Source of the DNA: Octopus sinensis
Lineage: Eukaryota
Reading direction: 5' to 3'
Assembly (NCBI RefSeq): GCF_006345805.1
Contig: NW_021825323.1
Span: 806,001 to 870,000, forward strand
DNA length: 64,000 bases
A model generated the notes under the pieces. It worked only from the letters and a program-made list of their open reading frames with translations. It ran no database searches and was not told where the DNA came from. Both the position numbers and the translations under genes were made by a program. Positions 11,567-25,215 of the stretch are shown piece by piece; position 1 is the first letter of the stretch, and every line of letters starts with the position of its first letter.

Positions 11567-14500
11567 TCAAGAAATTTCCTTCGCGTTATCCCGGCAGAAA
11601 CTAGTCACAATTTTCGATACAATTTCATAAAGAGTATATTTTGAGTAGGTTTCAATGGTCTCGATTTTGGATGGCAAATACTGCTTTATCCGAGGATTGA
11701 GTGGCAAGGCAGGATGCTCAGAAATATTCGCACAGTTGAGCTCAGGATCATAATTCACAGGAATATTAATCAATGAACCATTATGTGCTTGAGAACGTAT
11801 TTGAAACTGAAAATAAAATAAACAGAATTAAAAACTAGGAAAAATGATTTTGCACGAATAAAAACAGCTGGAGAATGAACTAAGTGACCAGCCTGATTCG
11901 TGTTGTCTGGAAACAAAAGTAATATTCTGAATTCCCATGGCCAAGATGCCAACGTTTTCTCTTCGTGAATAAGTGTAACCAAATCTCTCTGAACTCGTCG
12001 ATTAGATCCCAATAATCTCAGAAAACAACCAAGCTGATGATGTGAGTATGGAAAACAAATGACACGGGTCATAAAAAAATTTTCCAAACTTTTTAATTCA
12101 TCTGGATGCCACATTTCATTTAATTCTAAGCAATTCAAAAAATAAGAACAACCAGGAATTTGAGAAAAGTGACATGATATAAAAGGAAACACTACAGCAC
12201 CAAAAGTCAATTTAAAAATCAAATTTTCGCCTCTAAAGCAAATAACATCTGGAGAATTTGGATTATCCTCGCAAGATCGTGTCACATTAAACTATATTTT
12301 AACAAAAGAGTTCTACAAGTCTTAATTCTTCACGCGAATAATTCATAGCCCAATGGCGAATTGTTACAGAAATGAAAAAATGAAATAAGAGAGGACAATC
12401 CCAGTCAGTAGAACTCTCCCCTTTATCTTGCTCAAGTATCCAACGTTTAGAAGACACGAGAAAATCAAATTGTGAATGACTCATATGAACAGGTATTTGA
12501 TGGAGGTTGTCGAGTTGTATATTTTGGTTAGAATTAGTTTGGCAGGGATCGTTATTCAATTTATTCTTAATATTTGGAGAGGTAGATGTATCTTTTTATT
12601 AATATATCATTCAAAAACCAAATAAAGGAGATAAATGTTGAAATGAAGAATGTACTGCCTCACTGGGGACAGCATGGATAGAATATGCCTGCTTGTAAGG
12701 AGAGCAAATAGAAGAAACAGATGGAATACCTACAGAATTCGTCATTATATTTCCAGGAGAAAATAAAGGAACACTATGGAGCTGATTATTACTCTTAATC
12801 TAGCATAATAGAGCAAAGTTTAACCGATGGAAGTTGCTCAGACATTAAGGAGGGATTGGCAGCAATATAATTCCAGTAGGCAGATCCGAATTTGGCAATA
12901 AAAAACTAAAATAAAAAAACATAATAAATACTCTCCAATGAGGGATTCTGTTTGTTCCGGATCTCCTGATTACAACAGAATTATCTCCAATCGAAATTTC
13001 AACCGCGAAACTGTAAATAGAATCACACATTACTTACAGCGAACGAAATACTAGTTTAAATAACCTCCAGGAAATTCGTTCAACTGAAAAATGGCATTGT
13101 AATTCGGGATGTTTCTACCCCGAAATCAATCACAAAATATAACCCGACTGTTCAGCATGCCTCCAACAAAATCAATATAATTCATCAGCTTATGAAGACT
13201 GGACATAACTGGAAAGCAAGAATAAAGACCCTGCAATTCAATTACCAAAAAAACCCTAATATAATCCAAATTGAATTCAGCGGAGGTACATGTCGCATCT
13301 TCTGAATCAAACAATCCAATATTGTCGCACACTTTATTTGACATGTAAATTGTTTTAAAAGAATTGGTTTTGGGGTTAAAAACAACCTCAAACTATTTAT
13401 AAGTACACTTCAATCATCAATACTTTTAAATCTTTTGTAAACCGAAGACTGAGAACTCCGTTTACGTCATCTTGATGAGTAATACTCACAAGTGGTTCTT
13501 CGCTATCATCCGGCAATTCAAATCGTTTCTGAACATTGCTGAACTGACAAATGGTCTCTATTCGTTCCAAAAACTCTTTTAAGGCAAAAATGTAGCAATC
13601 AACGCTGTTTAGACGTGTCTTAAAAATTTTCAGGACTCTATTTTCAGACATGAACTAAAATAGCAAGAATGTAGAAACCTCGAACTGGAAATATCCACCA
13701 TCTCTGAGTATAAAAGATATAGTTACGTCATATGCAGGCAAAAGGGCAATCCAATTAACAAAAATAGTCTTCTGAGGTGTTATCCCAGCACTAAAACCCC
13801 CTTTATCTGTTAACTGAAAAACTATTTATAAACAATATTACTTCAAGAAATAATCTATGGACTATCGAATCGGCTGATATATTGACATATAATCTTGAGA
13901 AATCAGCCAGGTTAATTAATTTTATTTCTTCAATTGACAAAATTTTACAGAATTTAAAATCTTCGGTGATATAAGAAATCAGCCAACATCTCAGAAAATC
14001 AGAATTACGTACCCGAGAAAAATATATAATCTAAAATAGTCAGACAACTAATTATCACCAATGCTCTGTTATGGATAAATTTATCTACAAAAGTAGTAGC
14101 CGATTTCCACAAAGGCAACATGAATATTGGAAATAAACAATCTTCCTGGTAAATTAAGGAATTTCGTATCAGAAAATTGGTCACATAATCAGAGAACCCA
14201 TCCAAAATACTAGAATTGACAGGATGGAGAGCGACGGAGCCAATTGAATCCCAAATATCAGTAAGAGAATCCAAACAAGTAAACAGCAAAAATTGACATC
14301 TTTAATATTACTCAATAGAACATAAAAAACTTTATTTTTGTTATGATTCCTTCCAAAAGAGAAATTACCCCCTCGTTAAGAGCACTCGAAAATCTTTCAA
14401 GCAATGAATTGCTAGCATCTAAAATAAAAAAGCATAACAGAATAATAAAAACTCTTATTTTCCACTATGCTCTATAATTCTATTAAATACTAAGTTATTC

Positions 14501-16119
14501 TCATTTTAAACTTAAAATCCACACAATATCATTTTAAAACATGAAAATATACTTTACCATTGAATTCCCTTCCTTTGACCACAAAAACTCCAGTGAGGTA
14601 ATCGACAGAAATAAGTAAAGTAAAACAGCACTCATTTAAATCACTCTCGACTTCTATTAACAGAAGCACTTCGTCTTCTAATATTCGAGATTTAATTCCC
14701 CAATTTTCTATAAAAATAAACAGCAGAAATATTAACCAGAACTGGCAATTCGTAAGTGCGAATTCAAATTGGTTAATTTGTCCAAACTACGTGCTTTTAT
14801 AATCTCCTTCCATATAAATTCAAACGAATATGTGGGCTCAATGTCCTTAAAATCACTTTTGGTATATAAACTTGTATAAAATTTCGTTTGTGTGAAAATG
14901 GTGGAAAATGACTGGACTTTAAATTAGAATTTTGTACGAGGGTAAAAATAGCGTACATACAAAATGAATTTCCAGTATTTTTAGTCATATTTGTCCGATT
15001 ATTATATCTCCAGTAACTAAATACCAGTTCCTGGCCGCAAATGTATCGTTCGATTTTGATCAAATCTTTATATGCTTGATTTTGCAATTTAATGATGTCA
15101 TGTAAAAAATTTTCCAATTTATATGAACTGCATAAACAGTCTATATTCTTAAATACTATTTATTACTTGTGAATTTATATATTTCTTCCAATGGCTTATT
15201 ACTATTCAACAAAAGTACTTGCAGAGCCTCAACTAAATATCGTATCTAACAGTCAAAAAGTTAAAAATAAACTTGATTAGGATGAAATTTTTTTTGAGTA
15301 ACAAGTTGGTCTCCCATGGTAATTTCTAGAGATAAAATCCGCCACGGAGCATCTACATGAAACAGAGTAAGTGTAATCTATTTGTTGCTAAAAAAACTCA
15401 CTATGAATTTATTTTCTACAATAAATGTAATTTTCCCCTCCTTAATTATAAAATTACTCATCTCATGCGGAATAGAGTGAACCACTAGTCGATTTCGAAT
15501 CAAGGATTCAGTAACAAGTTCAGTGGAGTTAATTTGATCGACTGTTAATTCAACTTGTTTACAAAACCGCTCCTGAAAGAAAAAAGATTAAAATACTTTT
15601 ATGCAAGTTGGAAGTCGCGAGTAGGTCCCCTTTGTCAGCACATCCACAGCGGCAGGGACATAAAAATTAGGAATTCTAAATTAAAAAAATTAAATTATTT
15701 AAACCTGAATTTTGGGATTTGGTCACGTGAGAGAAAGGCCAGCTGATTAGCGGTGTCTGAAAAATAATTTGCTTGCAAATAAAGGAAATCCCTCATTTCC
15801 TATTTATATTTTACAAAACAAAAAATATTACGAGGCACTCAGATAGTCTGCTGGAGGAAGATGTAAAGCGTAATAAAGCAAGTAAACGTACAAATAAAAT
15901 TCTAGTCCTTTGACTGAATTCTACAAGAAACAATTTTTTTTTCATATCCGAATCCTGGGCTAGTCTGAAAATCAATATTTTTTTATTTTACAAGTCGGAA
16001 GCCACATATAAATCGTGGTATGTTTTTCTGATAACAATGTCCAGAATATTAGAAAAAAATGTGTATGTTTTATTAGACGGCAATGACAAGTTAGATGGAG
16101 TATCATTTTTTGCATTCAT
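11567..16119 (-). CDS. MED14: Mediator subunit 14 (many short introns)
   Basis: N-terminal [78 protein letters not shown]-terminal [44 protein letters not shown]. All are MED14 motifs. Confidence 0.9.
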
Positions 16120-16759
16120 TTGGTACAACAAGAAATCTTAAATTACTTATTATTTAATTAAAAAGTTACTTTGCTCTTAAATAAAAACATTATATTTAAA
16201 TTATGTAAAATATATAGCTCTTTTTATATCGTTTTAAATTGATTTTATTTATGCTGCTGGAGTTTTTTAAAAGATGTCATTTATGTTGTTGTAATTTTAA
16301 CTATTTATTTCCACAAATTCTACTCTTATTGAGAATAGTTAAAATCTAAATCAGTAAAATTTTTTAATAATTTTGTCTTTGTTAGAATTGATATGAAATA
16401 AAAATAAAAATCATGATCCTACAGCTATTGTTTGTAAACTTATAACTTGATCTGAAAGTCTTGATTTTATTTTCCACATGGATTGATGTAAAAAAGTATA
16501 ATTCTGTCAATCGTAAATTTTTACCGAAATTTGTAAGCTAAGAATGAGGTGAACACATAGATTCGATGATGGATAGTTTTAGGAAAGGATGTGCCGCAAA
16601 GAAATGAATTTGCAGTATTATTTGTAGCTTTTATTGAGAGAATAACTGTTGGTGAAAGTGCCAGCGCTTACAGATGACTACATCATTAATATAATTTGTC
16701 ACCGGCCACAACTGTTACTCCGCCAGATGAAAAAGATAATCGATAACAAACGATAATTA

Positions 16760-19280
16760 AATCGATTATAAAAATTAAAGATTTACTCAGGGGTTATAGC
16801 CCAGCCGAACGGATTGCTTGCGTGTTCCCGCACACAATTGCGAGCCTCAACCAAGAGGAATGAGGATACCGAGGTCTTTTAAGAAGCATGAGGTCAGCGG
16901 GCCGGAAGCGCTTGGTCCAGAATTCCAGGAGGTCGGCAGTCGGCAACTCCAGAGAGAGTTCGTTGAAGGAGAGTAGAACCTCTCGGACAAGTTGACGGCT
17001 CTTGGAAATTGAAGAGAAATGTGCATGTGGCGCCAGATTCTTAGGCGAGCGAAGACCGATCCCTCCGAACCTGACGGGAAGTCCAGCCAATTTCGTCAAA
17101 GGAAATGTTCGAAACTGCTTCCGTGCAGGATTTCAATGATTTTTCCAAGGAAGACAGAATGTCTGGATGCGAGTAGCATGGCAGGCAGTGGAGCGTGTAC
17201 AGAAGTTTCGGCATATGTATACTGCTTTTCATGAGGAAAAAGGCGATGTGCGAGTCTAACTCCAAGAGACTGCTTGTGAGGTTACAGAATTCCATGTCCT
17301 TCTTCGCCAGATGGGCTTAGAGGGCATCCAAAAAAGGTTGCTTCTGATGGCTGGGTTACTTGTGCACCAGTGATGAAGTCTTGGATGATCATATTGAAAT
17401 TCGGAAAATTCGCCTCAGGGTAGTTGAGGTTTAGGAGTTCCGATTTATTCACGTTAACTTCTAGGCCAAGGTTGCGCAAAGCAGGGATTAGGCGGGATAG
17501 GTCCTCGGTGATGGATTCCACAGAGCCGCCAATGGTTGCGTCGTCCAGGTACCATAAATTGAATGGTGGGAGGATTGATCGTACAGCCTCGTCGATTGCT
17601 AAGGCGAATAGTAATGGTCCAAGAAAGTCGCCTTGTTGGACTCCAGTTCGGGAACGGATGACTTCATCCCCAAAGATAAGTGAGGTTTCTTCCCCGTACG
17701 AGAGGAAGACAAGCTGGGAAATCTCCGAAGCCCTCTCGACGCATACCTCCATTATTCGGTTCCTCCTGACGCTGTTGAAGGCGTTCCCCAGATCGAGTTT
17801 AACAGCCACGTGAGGATGGAGTAGGACATCTTTTAAGAGGAAGAGAGTTCGGGCCGCGTGTACGACAGCTTCGGATCCCGACTCCCAGTTGAAATGGAGT
17901 CAGTTCGGAACTTAGGCGGGGACATTCGGTCCTCGAGCCCAATTTAGCAGTCAGGCGGCGGAAGTAATTCCCAACTGCTATGGGACGGATTCCGCCATTT
18001 TTTTTCTAAAATGCAAGTAGATGTGCTGAGAAAAGCATGTCCCTCCACAGTGGGGGATATCCCCATTCAGTATCTTTTCGACTAAAGCGGCTATAGCGGA
18101 TATCAGAGAGTTGCCTGCTTCTCCAGTTGAGGGAGAGGTGAGGTTCTTGTTGTGGCCCGGGCGGAGGCCATCAAGTCAGCCGCAGCTGCTTTTGCCAAAA
18201 GATTGAATTGAGAACTGAATTTCATCTTCTGATGGGTTGAGCGTGCAAGACATAGATGGGCGAGTAAGAGGCCGTAGATCAGGAGGAGGATTCGGGTGTT
18301 TGGATCTCAGGTAAGCAAGGACAGAAGGAATTGGTTTTAACACTGTGTCGTCGTTTGAGACTGTGCGAATGGCAGCCCGGACGTCGCCCTCGGCTAGTTT
18401 GACACGAACTCGGTCATTCAGGGTGTCCTCAAAACGCTGTGGAATTTTCTTTTTGTTATTTAAGGAGTGCTTGCGGAGTTTTGAGGAGTTTTTGTTATTC
18501 GATCAACATCAGGCAAGGTTGTTATTGGGTGCGAAAGAATTCTGTTGATGTTCTCTTTAATCGATTCTGCGAGAGGAGGTGGATTTTTCCCAGTGCGGAT
18601 GGGGGTTCCGAGCACCAGTGGGGCAAAACTGATTAGACGAGACCATGCTTTCCAAATGTTGGACGTGAGCGCATCGTTGATGAAGGAAGTAAGGCATTTG
18701 GAAACTTGTATCCTAGCTGGCTTTGGATTGCGGAGGGGGATTTTCAGACAATTTCGGAAGCTGGACAAGTTGACGAGGAATGAGTTGACATCAAATTGAT
18801 GAGCACTAGCACTAGTTGTCTCTTTAGATGGTTCGGGGGAGCCAGAGAGTGGGATACAGTTCGGGAGAAGGCATGAGGGGCATGCCCATTTTTAGATAGC
18901 AGATGCAGTTTTTTTACTCAGCTTGACACAGTAAAGGTGGAAGAAGCGGTTGCATCGAAAGCAGCGGATACCGTTTTTCCCGGGGCGGGAGAGGCTGCAG
19001 GCTTCACAAATCGAGCTCTCGCGAAGGAAGTTGCGGATAGGAAGACACGGATTAAAGGAGGAAAGAGATATAAAGGAAGATGAGATAGGAAAAAAAAATG
19101 AGAAGAAAGAGAGTGGGTTAGATAGATCGAAAAAAAAGTTGAAAAGAAGTGATAAGAGAAAGAAAACAAAGATTGAAAAAGAAAATTGAAAGAGAGAATG
19201 AAAATGAACAATGAAAATGAATTGAAAGAGAGAATGAAAATGAACAATGAAAATGAATTGAAAGAGAGAATGAAAATATT
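16760..19280 (-). mobile_element. CRE-clade retrotransposon, divergent subfamily; 5' leader and PHD present, RT present, most of the RLE deleted; disrupted
   Basis: C/T-rich leader, PHD (18871-19008, with a stop), RNPKPARI, RPIAVGNYFRRL, VKLDLGNAFNSVRR, GVQQGD, WYLDD. The frame then jumps from WTKRF to WLRLAIVCGN, skipping the CCHC/PD motifs. Confidence 0.9.
19184..19277. repeat. 36-bp tandem repeat (about 2.6 copies) in the CRE 5' leader
   Basis: aattgaaagagagaatgaaaatgaacaatgaaaatg units start at 19184, 19220 and 19256. Confidence 0.9.
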
Positions 19281-20059
19281 TATCGATCCGTTGATTTCAA
19301 GACAAATTTTCAAAATCTGCAACTAATTTAACTATTTTAAAGATAGTAAATTTTTGGTTGCTTTGTTGGATAATGCATTTCGCGTTAACTCGTAGTGCTT
19401 CTAACTCAGCAATTGGCCTTGGATTTTAATGGACGTTTGTTCGCTCGATTGCCATATTATCGCTGTCAAGAATACATGTACAGTCAGGGAAAAAGTCATG
19501 GAGCGCTTTCATATTTTGATCCAATACTGTTGTTTAAAAAATTAATTGGAAATACAAGATTTTTTAGATTAATTGTTAAAAAAACTATATTCACTTGAGT
19601 TATAAAATATACTTTATGTATTCATTTTTTTAATTTAGAAAAGAATAGAATGATTTTTTATAGTTCAAGAAAAAGCAAAACCCAAATAAACAAGAAAAAA
19701 TTATTTGTCACAAAGAGGTCCCCACTCGGATCAGGACCTACACAACAGAGATTCCCAACTGGAATGCTTCCGCTGTTGTGTAGGAGCCCTGACCCTACTT
19801 GGAGTGGATATGGATATGCTGCAAGAGCTCCTGCTAGAAGGGAGCAATTCAGCAACATAGTCACCATTAACTCTGGCTCACGACAGATGAATTGGACGCA
19901 AGCTCAGAAGAGTTCAGTTGCCTTTGCATCAGTCTCGTCCTATCACCGTCCTTAATTCCTGTCACTTTCTCTTTCTCTGTTAATTACAATAAACTTCATT
20001 CATTCATTCAAGGATGAGATAAAAACAAGGCACCAAAGTGTCTCTTTCCATGCTAATCC

Positions 20060-20451
20060 CAATTATAATTACTTGACATAACTTTTCTCTAGGACCATCT
20101 GGATCGTGGGCACAGAGGATTCTTTCGTGTCTTCTAACCTTTTGTTAAGTTTTACTCCATAAACCAGTTTAATCCAAAACGTCTTGTCTTTTCCAACTGT
20201 TCGATAAGGTAATCACTCTCCTCCGTATTGAACAAGCTCTCATAACCATATGTGAGGACTGACTTTACACACGTTCTGTACGCGTAGATGTAAGTTTCCG
20301 GATCTAGATAGAACCTGGTTAGACTTTTAAGGATCCTCACACTCCATTTACTCTGATTTGCTACGTGGTCAGCGTACAAGCCATAACAGTTGACAATTAC
20401 TCCAAGATAGAGTAATAAGCTCTTGAAGAGATCCAATACATAATTATCCAT
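20060..20451 (-). mobile_element. LINE (CR1/L2-like) RT C-terminal remnant
   Basis: YLGVIV...DHVANQSKWSVRILKSLTRF...YRTCVKSVLTYG...LEKTRRFG follows the post-RT consensus of CR1/L2-type elements. Confidence 0.6.
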
Positions 20452-20464
20452 AGCATAAAGATAT

Positions 20465-20880
20465 TTAGAATATTTATTTTGTGCAGAAATATATATTTTT
20501 TAATAACGGAACACGAAGGAACCTTTGTTTATTAATATTCTCAGTACGTAGTGTAGAAATAATTGTACGGAGGGACACTTATGTTCCTGTAATCTTTAAA
20601 TCATCAGCCAATTTTTTACTAATAATTCTTGGTCTTATACTGATTATTCTTTTCATTAATGAGTAAGAAAGTTAAGTTATTTTTTAGAGCACCAGATCTT
20701 AGTCAATTAATGACAGTTTTGTATTTTTTCCATCGGGTGATAATATTCCAAACACTACTTTTTGGCAATATCCGCGATTTAGAAATTCTTCCACAACTTT
20801 TACCCCTTTTGTAGGCCGTTACCCCTTGCTGTTTTAGCTCCAAAGAATGCTCCTTCCTCATTAACATAATAATTTAAATA
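20465..20880 (-). mobile_element. Tc1/mariner transposase N-terminal remnant
   Basis: KEHSLELKQQGVTAYKRGKS..ISKSRILPKSSV; DNA clearly homologous to 57820-58210. Confidence 0.85.
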
Positions 20881-22003
20881 GCGAGCAAAAAATGTCCAAC
20901 TCTTTTGATTCTCATTTATCTAGTCTTTTCCTAACATTCAGTCCGCTAGAGAGGGTGGGTTGCATTTTCTCAAAATTCCATAGGTAGCGTAGAGGAAAAA
21001 TTGGGGAAGGGAGTGTGTGGATTGACGCCTCTTGATTATTCTGATGCGCTAGTGCATAGATAATTATGCAGTTAATTTACATTTTGTATATTTAATTGAG
21101 ATCAATTTGAATATCTAATAATAATATTTCTATTTTTCGAGATATCCCGCTGCGTTAAATTGAAACTGTTAGACTCAACTTTCTTTAAAATTATTAAACT
21201 TATTTTCTGTATTGGAGAATATAATTATGTCCACAAGTAGAAACAATCTCGACTATCCTTTCAGCTACGTACCCTAGCTAGCATTTAACTTTCTTCTTGT
21301 TTTATTCGATTCAGAATAAATACATTCAAATAGTAAAAACGCACGCGATTTAATCATTTAATCATATTAAAAATTTAATCGTTTGGTGCAATAAATATAA
21401 TCTTCCACACAGGCATGCAAAAAAATACAACAAACCATATATTTTTTGGTGAAGCAAAAACTAAATACAGCCTGACTTAGCCATGAGCCAGAATTTCGAT
21501 CAAAAACTGACCTCTAAGACGTGAAGCAGATTGACTAGGATCTAGATCACCACAAATTGGAGATGGAAAGCCAATCTAAAAATGCGGTTTAGGTGGAAGA
21601 TTTTATCAAATTTATATGGTTGCTACAAAAAGAACATCGATTAAATACAGAATGTTTCACAAATATATAGAGTATAATTAAAATTTCTCTTTAAAAATTA
21701 AAGATTACATTTTGAAAATAATCTAAAACTATTTTGTTCAAACGTGATTCATTAATTATCATAATCGATTCATATTTTAAAATAATGTAGAGACAAGTCC
21801 ATTCAAGTATACTCTTTAATGGTTCATTTTCAGGATTATTTTTATCAGAATTTTTCTAAAATAGTCTAGTTTCAAATAAAGTTATTTGATATGCCTCCAG
21901 ACTTTACTTTTTATCTTTATTTGTTTATGTCAAATTGAAAAGAAAACCTTAAATTAAATTTTTTAATAAAAATTTAATTTTTAGCAAAGAACTAACATAG
22001 TAT

Positions 22004-22152
22004 TTAATTAGCAGCAGAGGATAAGATGGAATGGCAATTCCCACACAAGATGGCTATTGATGTGCGTTGGAAAAGCCATGTCCGTTCCCGATGATCATTT
22101 CTCCTTTTGCTTGCCAGGTCCCCCAGTTTAATAAGGAATTTTTTAGTTCTTG
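22004..22152 (-). mobile_element. Very short 3'-end fragment of a CRE retrotransposon
   Basis: RTKKFLIKLGDLASKRRNDHRERTWLFQRTSIAILCGNCHSILSSA* aligns with RSLIFLKKLGRLISRKRNDTRECGWLLQRISLAIVRGNCFSI of the 8.6-11.4 kb copy. Confidence 0.85.
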
Positions 22153-22790
22153 AATTAAATTAATAGTAGGTTTGGAATAATCTTAGAATGTTATCTTTGA
22201 TAAGACATGAAAGTAGATTGGTTTTAACTTCCCAAGCTAACAAAGAATAATCGTGACCAGCCGAAACCTCATTGATTGATTATAAAATGTATGAGGTTTT
22301 TAATCTTACAATTAAGATCGTAAAATACGATTCAATAGTAAGTATAAGTGTCTCCAACTGTGACTGAACTCTTCACTTCCAAAAATTATTTTTGATGTCC
22401 ATTTTATTAATTTTTGCTGTTATAAATAATTTATTATGATTTTAAATTATATTTATTCATTATTTTGTACTTCCTAGTGATTATTTTTGACAGCAGTAGC
22501 AGGTGCCTATACTTTTAAATGCTGTCAACTGTCCAATCAGTTGTTTTTGTCAATCATTGCACCATATTGAGTCAATTAGCCCAATTCATTGACTGTTTTA
22601 TTTATAAAATACTTTCCGCTGGGTCATTAAAAATATTTATAGTATTAATGTACTATAATTGACAAAATTATATCTATTAATACTTTATGGGTTAAGTATT
22701 TAGCACGGTTCCTAATTGATATCTTAATATAATTATAGTTTATAGATTATCCGTATTTGTCTGTCTACTAATTGCAACGATTGATATTAT

Positions 22791-24180
22791 TTGAAGGTCA
22801 GAATTATATCTTGTCTGGCCACGTTCGTTAATTCCATTGTATTATTAAAGACTATATTGTATAATTACGGCGACTATAAAAGCGATTTGCCGTATGCGAA
22901 TGAAATTTTCGTAATTCTTGAATCTGCTCGGCGGCTTATGAACACTTCAAAAATAGTAGCAATTCCTAATGATGCTGAAACATTAATAAAATCCATGAAA
23001 ATAAGCTGCCCAGGATGCTTAAACATAGTCCTAAAAGCCCATGCAATGAGATATCTCGACATTGAGTACACATACAAATTTATGGAAATAAAAATCCCAA
23101 TTAAGAAGAGGAGATTTCGTTTTTGGAAAAAAACAAGTTCGACCAAGAAAAACAACATTGGTTTTTTCTAATTTCTATTATTGCAGAGAACATGAAAAGA
23201 TGGAAGTTTGTAGAGACGATAAAACATTTGATCGGATATTTTTCCAATAAATCAAGTGACTAGCTGTCAACTGTCTATTTTAGACATTCAGAAGGATGGA
23301 ATTTTCAGAGTTAATGGGAATTGGAGAAAAGTAAATGTAATATGCAACTATATCAACGAGCCTGAATGCGATTTGAATCAAATTGATTTGGACGAACTTT
23401 CTGTATATGATGTGGCTTCGTCGTTTAAAATTTTGCTCAAGAGACACATACCAAACATTATTCCTAAAGAATTAGAAGAAAATCTACTGTTAATTCGAAA
23501 AAGTTTTAATTTGTTAATTATTCAAGATCTTCCTGAATCAGAAAAGGCGACCGCGATTGCATTATTGATCCGGCTACTTCCAGACTTTATGCAAACAATC
23601 ATGCTAATTTTATTCAAATTTTTAAAGAAACTCAGTATAGAAAATGTTAAAATGAGCCCTGAAGTTATTTCCCGAGTTTTTGCTCCCTCATTAGTCGTAT
23701 GATTTATCAATTATTCATATTAGATGACGAATTTGGATAGACTTACTAATATAATCCCAATTATTGCTCTAATGGTTAGAAACGGAGACAAATTAAATCT
23801 GGTATTTACATTTTATTACTATTTAATGCTTTAGATTCCCGCAGATATTGTTACTGAATTGAGGATTACTTATCTAAGATCGATCAAGGTCATTTCATTT
23901 AAAAATATTTCTTTAGAGCTCTACTGAAGACATTGATTTCATTTACAATGGGTATGGAAATATATCATCAATTTCTCCTGCAAATACTGAATCTGAATTG
24001 GATAAAAATATGCGAAGAATTGAGCAGCTTTGCAAGAGTGTTCCATTTAAGGAGGATAACACAGAAAGAAAATATAATAAACCAGAACATGAGAAAACAT
24101 TTGATATAGAATATGACGATTCTTTCGAGAAAGAGAACTTTGAACAGACAGCGAGTACCTCATTTTTCACCGAGTCTTAA
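22791..24180 (+). CDS. RhoGAP-domain protein (start uncertain)
   Basis: DGIFRVNGN (arginine finger), DVASSFKILLKRHIPNIIP, LLPDFMQTIMLILFKFL, KMSPEVISRVFAPSL. Confidence 0.8.
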
Positions 24181-25183
24181 ATAATTCATATGCCAAAACT
24201 TTTTAAATTTCTTAATTTTATTATTTCTCTTTAAATATGTAATAAATAGTTGAACTCTCTTTAGGTACGATAAGTGGTGTTAATTTACCTCCTTATTTCT
24301 CATTGATGTCTGGGCATGTTTTGTTTCTGTTTTGTAATTGGTTTCATTATTTAAATTTCATTGTATAAATTCTTTTGTTTCCTACTTAATTCCACTCATC
24401 CAATATTCTCCTTTCAAATTAAGTTTCAATAAAGTGCTTTCAAGTGTAGATCAAAGAGAGGTATCATTTTCAATGGGATAGTTCATTTAAAAAAATTAAC
24501 AAAACATGAGCTGAATTCCTAGTTTTAGGTAATTTTTATCATTTGAATTAGAGGATTTCTATTATAGCTACCACAGATTGGTTATAAATTATTTTGGATA
24601 AGGCCGGACTTCTTTCAATGCTCACAGAAATGGGAAATGCCCGGTTTAAATGACATTTTAAATTTAAAATAAAACATTTTAAATTCTATGGGAAAATTGA
24701 AAATCAATTTTATGCCGGTTATGGCTTTAATAGCGTGTTTCTCATTCTATAATAACATCGTGTTCTTTATATTATAAGACTCAGTTAGAACGTACTCGAT
24801 AAGTAAGATCTTGTTTAATTTTTTCCTTGGAATTCGATGAATATTAATATAGACTTGACTCGAATATAAGGCCTATTAATTTTTTATAGAAACACTTCAT
24901 ATTTGTAATCCCAATTAATAAACTATTTAAAGAGTACACATAGAAATAAGAGATTTTATTATGCTAAAAATGAAGGAAAATCAGAAAGCTTGGATTAAGG
25001 AAGCTAAATTAATTTTTTTTAACAAGGCAATGTTAATTAAGTGAATTTATGATGTTAATACTTTGATTGAGAGGACGCGCGAATAGATAGGAAGTTTCCG
25101 CGCAATATCGCTAAAAATTTTTCTAATTTGTTGGTCACCTCTCCCACTTTTGTCCAGTTGTCCAGTAATTGATATTTTGAATA

Positions 25184-25215
25184 TACAGTGGGCCCAAAAA
25201 GTCACGGCACCACTT
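25184..25215 (+). mobile_element. Orphan Tc1-type terminal inverted repeat
   Basis: TA-CAGTGGGCCCAAAAAGTCACGGCACC, similar to the reverse complement of the TIR at 58350-58385. Confidence 0.55.

Noticed and set aside
19184-19277. 36-bp periodic repeat as a CRISPR array
   Set aside because: Head-to-tail tandem units with no spacers, in a eukaryotic retroelement leader, and no cas genes.
19390-19545. Possible Harbinger/ISL2EU transposase remnant (HDFFPDCTCILDSDNMAIERT, minus strand)
   Set aside because: Only one short motif resembles FPxxxxIIDxTExxIExP; not enough to call.
19658-19867. Small ORF resembling a secreted peptide (MLLNCSLLAGALAAYPYP...)
   Set aside because: Lies among TE debris next to a LINE remnant; no recognisable family or supporting splice structure.
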